Shown here piece by piece: positions 56,165 to 64,000 of a DNA stretch of 64,000 bases; positions within the stretch are counted from its first letter, which is position 1; each line of letters opens with the position of its first letter. Under the pieces are notes generated by a model. That model did not search any database and was not told the origin of the DNA. It worked only from the letters and a program-made list of their open reading frames with translations. Both the position numbers and the translations under genes were made by a program. The DNA is from Eledone cirrhosa (taxonomy: Eukaryota): assembly GCA_964016885.1 (NCBI GenBank), contig OZ024752.1:14260001-14324000 (forward strand), in the 5' to 3' direction.

Positions 56165-56965
56165 CATGTAAACGAACAGCCCGAATTAAGCCGTACAGTG
56201 TTCGGCAACCATCGTTGCCCTTTTGTTCAGCACTAACACAGGAACGATGAACTAGTTTCTAGCTTATTAGCTGTCATCAGCACCGTATACCTTCCTGTCA
56301 GTCGAATGAACTTTTGAAAGTATATACTTTCCTTATGCATATTAACGGCTGAGCAGCCTAATTTGCATATCGAATGAGTTAGTCGGCCGGGCGTAACGAA
56401 AACGATAAATGAAAAAAAAATGAAATTTCATTACTCACTCTTAGTACCGCTGATACTTAAATATAAGTATGAATACGTACATACATATATATATATACAG
56501 GCGTACAGTAGTATGTATATACATACATGCATGCACACATATATATATGTACGTGTGGGTTTACCGAGCATTTATTATAATGCTCGGTTTGTCTGTAAAC
56601 AAACAGCCCGAATTAAGCCGTACAGTGTTCGGCAACCATCGTTGCCCTTTTTTTCGATACTGACAAAGGAATGATGAACTAGTTTCTAGCTTATTAGCTG
56701 TCATCAGCACCGTATACATTCATGTCAGTCGATTGAACTTTTGAAACAATATACTTTCCTCATGCATATTAACGGCTGAGCAGCCTAATTTGCATATCGA
56801 GTGAGTTATTCGACCGGGCGTTCCGAAAACGATAAATGGAAATAATGAAATTTCATTTTTCACTCTTAGTACGGCTGATACTTAAATATAAGTATGTATA
56901 CGTACATATATATATGTATACAGACGTACAGTAGTATGTATATACATACATACATGCACACATAT
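56165..56965. repeat. Two tandem copies of a ~427-bp unit
   Basis: AACAGCCCGAATTAAGCCGTACAG at 56175 and 56602. Confidence 0.92.
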
Positions 56966-57459
56966 ATATATGTACGTATATATGTACGTATGTACGTGCA
57001 GGGATATATTTTATTGATATGTATGTATATGTATGTGTATGTATAAATATTATATATAGAAATGTATGTATCGTTGTGTGTGTATGTGGGTATGTGTGAG
57101 GATGTGTATATGTGTGTATGTATGTGTATGTTTGTGTGAATGCATTACTGGTGAGTATATGTGTGTGTATGTATGTATGTATATTATTAAAGTTGTTGTT
57201 TTCTGAAAGCCCGGTCGCTGGTGATGGCGGCGGTGGTGGTGGTGGTGGCAGTTGATGTTGTTATTGTGCTAAGTCCCTGTGTGTGTGTGTTTTGTTATTT
57301 TGAGTTTTTTTTTCTATCGTTTGATTCCGCTGTTGTTGTTGTTGTAAATGTTCATTTCAATTCATTCTGAAGCTGTTGTTGCTGTAAACATCAGGGCCGG
57401 TGTTGTTGTTGTAGATGTTGGGGTTGAAATCTGGTCGTTGGATAGAGTAAAAAAAAAAT

Positions 57460-58812
57460 GGAATGAAACAGGGGCATATTCCAGCACCGACCCTGTTTGC
57501 CATATACTTTGCAATGGTTTTCTGTATTGCATTCAAGAATTGCGAGCATGGTGTTTACTCCGATATCGAACCTCAGGCAGCATATTTAACATCAGGCGCC
57601 TTGCTGCAAAGACGAAAGTATTTACATCAATCATAAGAGACCTCTTGTATGCAGATGATTGCGATCTTGTAGCGCACACATAGAGTAATATGCAGCACAT
57701 TTTGAATACATTTTCTGACGCTTGCACTGCCCTAGGATTGACTGTCAATCTCAAGAAAACCGTCGTCATGTACCAACCTGCCCCTGTTAAGCAGTACAGT
57801 GAAGTAAATATCTGTGTATGGTAAACGACTTGGAGTGGTTGATCAGTTTGTCTACCTGGGAAGCACTGTCAATCGATACAGCAACCTTGATAGTGAAATC
57901 TCACTTAGGATTAGGAAAGCAAGTGATGCTTTCGGAAAGCTAGAAAGGCGACTCTGGGGTTGGCGAGATATATGCAAGAAGACAAAGGTAAAGGTGTACA
58001 AGGCATGTGTGATCTCTTCTCTTCTTTATGCCTGCGAGACCTGGGTCACATATCAACACCACCTTAAGCAATTGGAGCGTTTCCATCAGATGTGTCTCTG
58101 ACGGATACATGGCGTTCACTGGAGGGCCCACATCAGTGTTGTCGAGATTTTGGAAAGCTCTATGTGTGACAGTATAGAAGCTCTTGTGCTTAAGCAACGA
58201 CTCCGTTGGAGTGATCACCTTGTCAGGATGAAGGATTCAAGAATACCAAAACAACTGTTTTATGGAGAGTTAGTTAAAGGAAAAGGACCACCACATAAAC
58301 CAAAAAAGAGGTATAGGGATTCCTTGAAAGCCTCTTTGAAAGACGCTAACATCTCTGCTGATACATGGGAAAATATTGCTGCTGATCGTAATAAATGGAG
58401 AAAGACTGTATATGAGGGAAATGTTGCCTTTGAGGCATCTCGAATCGGATACGAGAAAGTAAACCGGGATGTGAGGAAGGGAATTGCTGTTGCACTTCCA
58501 GACGGCGAGGGTCCTCCTATGGTGCTGACATGCAGCGTCTGTGCGAGACCCTGGCTAAGCAAAGCTGGACTCGAAAGTCATCTTCGCGGTCATAAAGTAA
58601 GACCAGTGGTTGACTACCAGGCTGCTGTTGGAGATGCTACTCATCATGCTTGCCAAACATGTGGTAGTGAATGTAAATCAGCAGGAAGACCCAAACGACA
58701 TGCAAAAGTACATGAACTCCAACCACAGCCGGCTATTCCCAGTGAATGTTTTGGTTGCCGACTCTGTGCAAGACATTTTAGATCATTGGCTGGGCTAAAA
58801 AGCCACATTTGA
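57460..58812 (+). mobile_element. RTE-clade LINE 3' part with C-terminal C2H2 zinc fingers, decayed
   Basis: LLYADDC; FVYLGS; LLYACETW; RLRWSDHLVRM..RIPKQLFYGEL; CSVC..HLRGH, CQTC..HAKVH, CRLC..KSHI. Confidence 0.92.
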
Positions 58813-59025
58813 TCGCAGCGCTGTTAGTTGCTATTGTGTGTGTGTATAAATATGTTTATGTGTGTGTGTATATATATATATGTATATTATTATTGTTGTT
58901 GTTGTCGTTATTATTATTGTTGTTATTAGTATTATTATTGTTATTAATATATATGTATATATATATATATATTAGGTATAGGATTATCCTAGATAGTAAT
59001 GGTTGTCTACCTGTTATTATTCATT

Positions 59026-59065
<40 letters not shown>

Positions 59066-59068
<3 letters not shown>

Positions 59069-59600
59069 GATAAATCTACCAAGAGTTTACGGTAGTGTCC
59101 AATCCGTATGAAGAACTCAATGTATTCCGGATATCATGGAAAGAAGAGATGTAATGAAAAATCACTTTCGGTGAAAGATAAACGGTATACAGAGTCAAGA
59201 TAAAATATTAAACAAATAATGAATAAACAATTCCTTATATTAAACAAAAAAAGTTCATTATTTAACGATCGTTTCTAGGATATATATGTGTTAGAATTGG
59301 TATGCATATTCAACAGATCTATGTACAAAATTATACAAAATTATACAAATTATCAAGATTAAATATACATACCAACACATATATACGCCGTCTTCAGAAA
59401 TAATGAAGACGGCGTATATATGTGTTGGTATGTATATTTAATCTTGATAATTTGTATAATTTTGTATAATTTTGTACATAGATCTGTTGAATATGCATAC
59501 CAATTCTAACACATATATATCCTAGAAACGATCGTTAAATAATGAACTTTTTTTGTTTAATATAAGGAATTGTTTATTCATTATTTGTTTAATATTTTAT
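59066..59600. mobile_element. Fold-back element of the 52478 family (~197-bp arms), tail on left
   Basis: Centre GTCTTCA-GAAATAA-TGAAGAC; 59066-59200 is the reverse complement of 54110-54245. Confidence 0.92.
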
Positions 59601-60030
59601 ATATATATATATATATATTTTCTTCTCGTACAATGGCCATACTCGATAACGAGGGGGCAGCCATCATGTATGTATATATATATGCATGTATGTAAAAGGT
59701 AAACAGAAATAACAACACAATCGGTACAGTATATGGAAGGGATATATTAGGTTAACGCTTGATATAGCAGGAAGAGTGTTTTAATGTTTCTGACGCTAGT
59801 TCTTCATCAGAAGAAAGAATGAGAAATAAGATAGATTGAGGGGACGGGTGTGTGTGTGCATATTTTTTTAAATCTGTAAATTATAATCAATGTAGTGTGT
59901 TAACTGGCTTAGCAATGTATACAGTGAATTTATTTGCTCTAGGTGTCAAGAAGACCCACAAATATATATAAGCAACAATACTGAAGAAAACGGAAAAACA
60001 ATAATAATAATAATAATAATAACTTATAAT

Positions 60031-60530
60031 AGAATAGAATTAGAATTTAGCTTCTAGCATAACTGGTTACAGATATGTCTTGGAATTTCGTATTTCTAAA
60101 GAAATACGATATGTTTATAAATAAATATTTAGAAAGGTCGTAGCTACGTAAAAACAACGGCATACCGTATTTCTTTAGAAATATGAAATTCAAATACATA
60201 TCTATATACAACTTTGCTGGAAGCTAAATTCTAATTCCATTCTTCGATAAGTTGAGCCCACTTACACAGCTTCATATGTAAATGAGATTATTCACCTTAT
60301 TTACACAGACGAGAAAACCATATATTTTCACCGGTTCCAGCAGTCGTAAGAGTGGGTGGGATCGTCCTGATGCGTACCAGTTGAGTTCGAAATGTAACGA
60401 CGATTGTCCCCCTTGCTGCTGCTGGATTACGCTAGGTGGTGATAGTTGCTGGTGTTTTTGCATAACTATGTCTTTCTAAATGTTTATTTATAAACATATC
60501 GTATTTCTTATGAAATATGAAATTCCAAAA
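60031..60530. repeat. Imperfect inverted-repeat element; related sequence at 43540-43700
   Basis: GAATTAGAATTTAGCTTC / GAAGCTAAATTCTAATTC; no HHR core identified. Confidence 0.6.
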
Positions 60531-60789
60531 CACACACACGCACACACGCACATATACACACACATATATATATATAGTGATTGTAACGTACATTTACTGT
60601 AGGTTCACCAGGGTTAGCCTTCGATGTGTAGTTTCCAGTATGTATATTGGCGTTGTACTGAGCAAAACGCGCGTGACACCTCAATAAACGTAATGAAGAT
60701 CTAACACTTTGTTCTTTTTTATTATTATCAATGATTCATATGTGTATGTATATATATATATATATATATTGTTATATATATATATTGTT

Positions 60790-61150
60790 ATAAGTTCACC
60801 TGTAGGGGTTGTATTGGTGAACCTTACACTCTGGTATTTATTGCTATCATACCATGAGTTTATTGTATTAAGATTATTCCTAGTTCTTTCTATTCTATTC
60901 CAAAATGTGTTCCTATACAAGGGCCAGGTCCCATTTGTATCATTATTTAACATTTACCGTCCGGTTGTGGAACCAACCAACCGGAAATTTATAAACTTTT
61001 TAGATTTATAATTTAATTTATAATAAATTGGAGTGAAAGCACTGCTCTGTGTGTTTTTTATTGGCAACATGACCCTGCCAAAGTATAATAATATCGGTTT
61101 CAACAAACGTTTTCAGATAAAGAATCTTGCTAAACAAATTCAGAGACGAA
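60790..61150 (-). mobile_element. Short PLE coding fragment (post-RT region) joined to inverted pLTR; duplicated at 63333-63652
   Basis: WPLYRNTFWNRIER...NSWYDSNKYQSVRFTNTTPTGEL; pLTR matches 1200-1353. Confidence 0.72.
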
Positions 61151-61381
61151 ATATATATATATATATATATATAAACTCAGCCTATTACCCAATATATAAT
61201 ATGAAAGTATTTATATTATGTCTGACATAAATATTGAAGCTGAGAAGTTCTCAAATTCTTACTCTGGGTGTCTCGTTTCCGATTACTAATGGTTGTGATC
61301 CATAGTACAAACTAACACAGTATATATAATAAAATATCTAGTACATTTTAGTATGAGATTGGGTAGTGCCAGGAAAAAAAT

Positions 61382-61819
<438 letters not shown>

Positions 61820-61821
61820 CA

Positions 61822-61868
<47 letters not shown>

Positions 61869-61943
61869 GTATATATATATATATATGTATATATATGTAC
61901 ATATATATATATATGTATATATATGTACATATATATATATATT

Positions 61944-61990
<47 letters not shown>

Positions 61991-62061
61991 GTATATATAT
62001 ATATATATGTATATATATGTACATATATATATATATGTATATATATGTACATATATATATT

Positions 62062-62189
<128 letters not shown>

Positions 62190-62220
62190 AATATATATAT
62201 ATATGTACATATATATATAC

Positions 62221-62257
<37 letters not shown>

Positions 62258-62276
62258 AATATATATATATATGTAC

Positions 62277-62344
<68 letters not shown>

Positions 62345-62564
62345 TAAGGTAATGAATTCTTTTACAATGGAATCAGCTCGAAGGAGGAAAAATCCCCCCT
62401 GAGCAGTGTATAAATTAATATGTATGTAATAAATATATTTATTATTTTAAATCGATATGGACCAACTGTAGTATAATAATTAGTATACTTCAATCTGGCT
62501 AAAATTTTCTTTTGCAATATATATACAGATGTGTTGGTATCTGTGTTTCATCACATACATATTA

Positions 62565-62628
<64 letters not shown>

Positions 62629-63886
62629 ATATATATATACTTCTACGTCGTTTGTTAATGCGACTATTTGCCGTGTTCGTTAAAAGGAATTCTCGAAACT
62701 GTATGGAGGTGTGTTGGGCTTTCAGTGGGTTGTCGCATATTTAATGCATGAAGTAAAAGAAAGTTTTCATACAAAATGCCTGTATGTGGAGAGAATAACC
62801 AAACCATCTATTGTATAATTAGCCATTAGTGTGACTATGTAGATGTGTACTATATTGGCATTTTATATTCGTTAAAGGGAAATATGTTTATACTAATGAT
62901 AAATGTTCCAGTATTAAAGTCGCAAATGAACAACATGTGAGGCCTAATGCCATATTCGATGTTTTCATGGATATTAGGATCGTCCATTAAGGAAGCTCAT
63001 TGGACTAGAAGTCAGTTTTGAGTGAGATGGCATGATGATAAATTTCCGGACACGACATTGAAAATTTCAGAAACTTTGGACCAAATCTTTAGCGTTTGCT
63101 CGAGTATTCTTTCGTACAACAGTTTCTGTATCTCGAGGAGCACCTATAAGGAAGAAAAGTCAGAGTTATTGAGTATTATGATTGGACAGGGACTAGCTAT
63201 ATTTAGAACACACATATTAAACCTTTATTGATACCATCTAAATATTTTACTTAAAACAGTTGTATATGTGGTGTGTTAAATAAATACATATACACCAGGT
63301 TCAAACACAATGGGACCAAACTACCTCTGTACCTCTGGTATTTATTGCTATCATACCATGAGTTTATTGTATTAACAGTATTCCTAGTTCTTTCTATTCT
63401 ATTCCAAAATGTGTTCCTATACAAGGGCCAGGTCCCATTTGTATCATTATTTAACATTTATGTCCGGTTGTGGAACCAACCAACCGGAAATTCATAAACT
63501 TTTTAGATTTATAATTTAATTTATAATAAATTGGAGTGAAAGCACTGGTGTGTGTGTTTTTTATTGGCAATATGACCCTGCCAAAGTATAACAATATCGG
63601 TTTCAACACACGTTTTCAGATAAAGAATCTTGCTAAACAAATTCAGAAACGAAATATATATATATATATATATATATAAACTCAGCCTATTACCCAATAT
63701 ATAATATGAAAGTATTTATATTATGTCTGACATAAATATTGAAACTGAGAAGTTCTCAAATTCTTACTCTGGGTGTCTCGTTTCCGATGATTAATGGTTG
63801 TGATCAATAGTACAAACTAACACAGTATATATAATAAAATATCTAGTACATTTTAGTATAAGATTGGGTATTGGCAGGAAAAAAAT

Positions 63887-63989
<103 letters not shown>

Positions 63990-64000
63990 AATATATATAT

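Noticed and set aside
63022-63231. Non-repetitive short ORF
   Set aside because: No recognisable motif or splice support

Overview
Repeat-saturated, AT-rich animal DNA, most likely octopus (inferred from recognisable octopus-type tRNA-SINEs and huge (TA)n tracts). No host protein-coding gene can be supported; most listed ORFs are microsatellite translations. Identifiable content: decayed Penelope-like element (PLE) RT and GIY-YIG fragments, two Dong/R4-type RLE LINEs, RTE LINE fragments, one decayed hAT transposase, several MITEs and about 17 SINE copies. The main hidden structure is more than 20 short inserts sitting in (TA)n tracts, from at least 10 sequence-unrelated families, with a shared design: (i) a type I hammerhead ribozyme (HHR), usually with a palindromic stem III and often a variant core (UUGANAA, CCGANGA) or a very long stem II; (ii) an inverted (fold-back) arrangement; (iii) a 70-140 nt tail on only one arm, starting with a conserved CTC...GAG stem 2-10 nt after the point where the other arm stops. 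A 591-bp tandem array with one HHR per unit is a retrozyme/circRNA candidate. Coordinates were read by eye and may be off by a few bases; no searches or folding programs were run.
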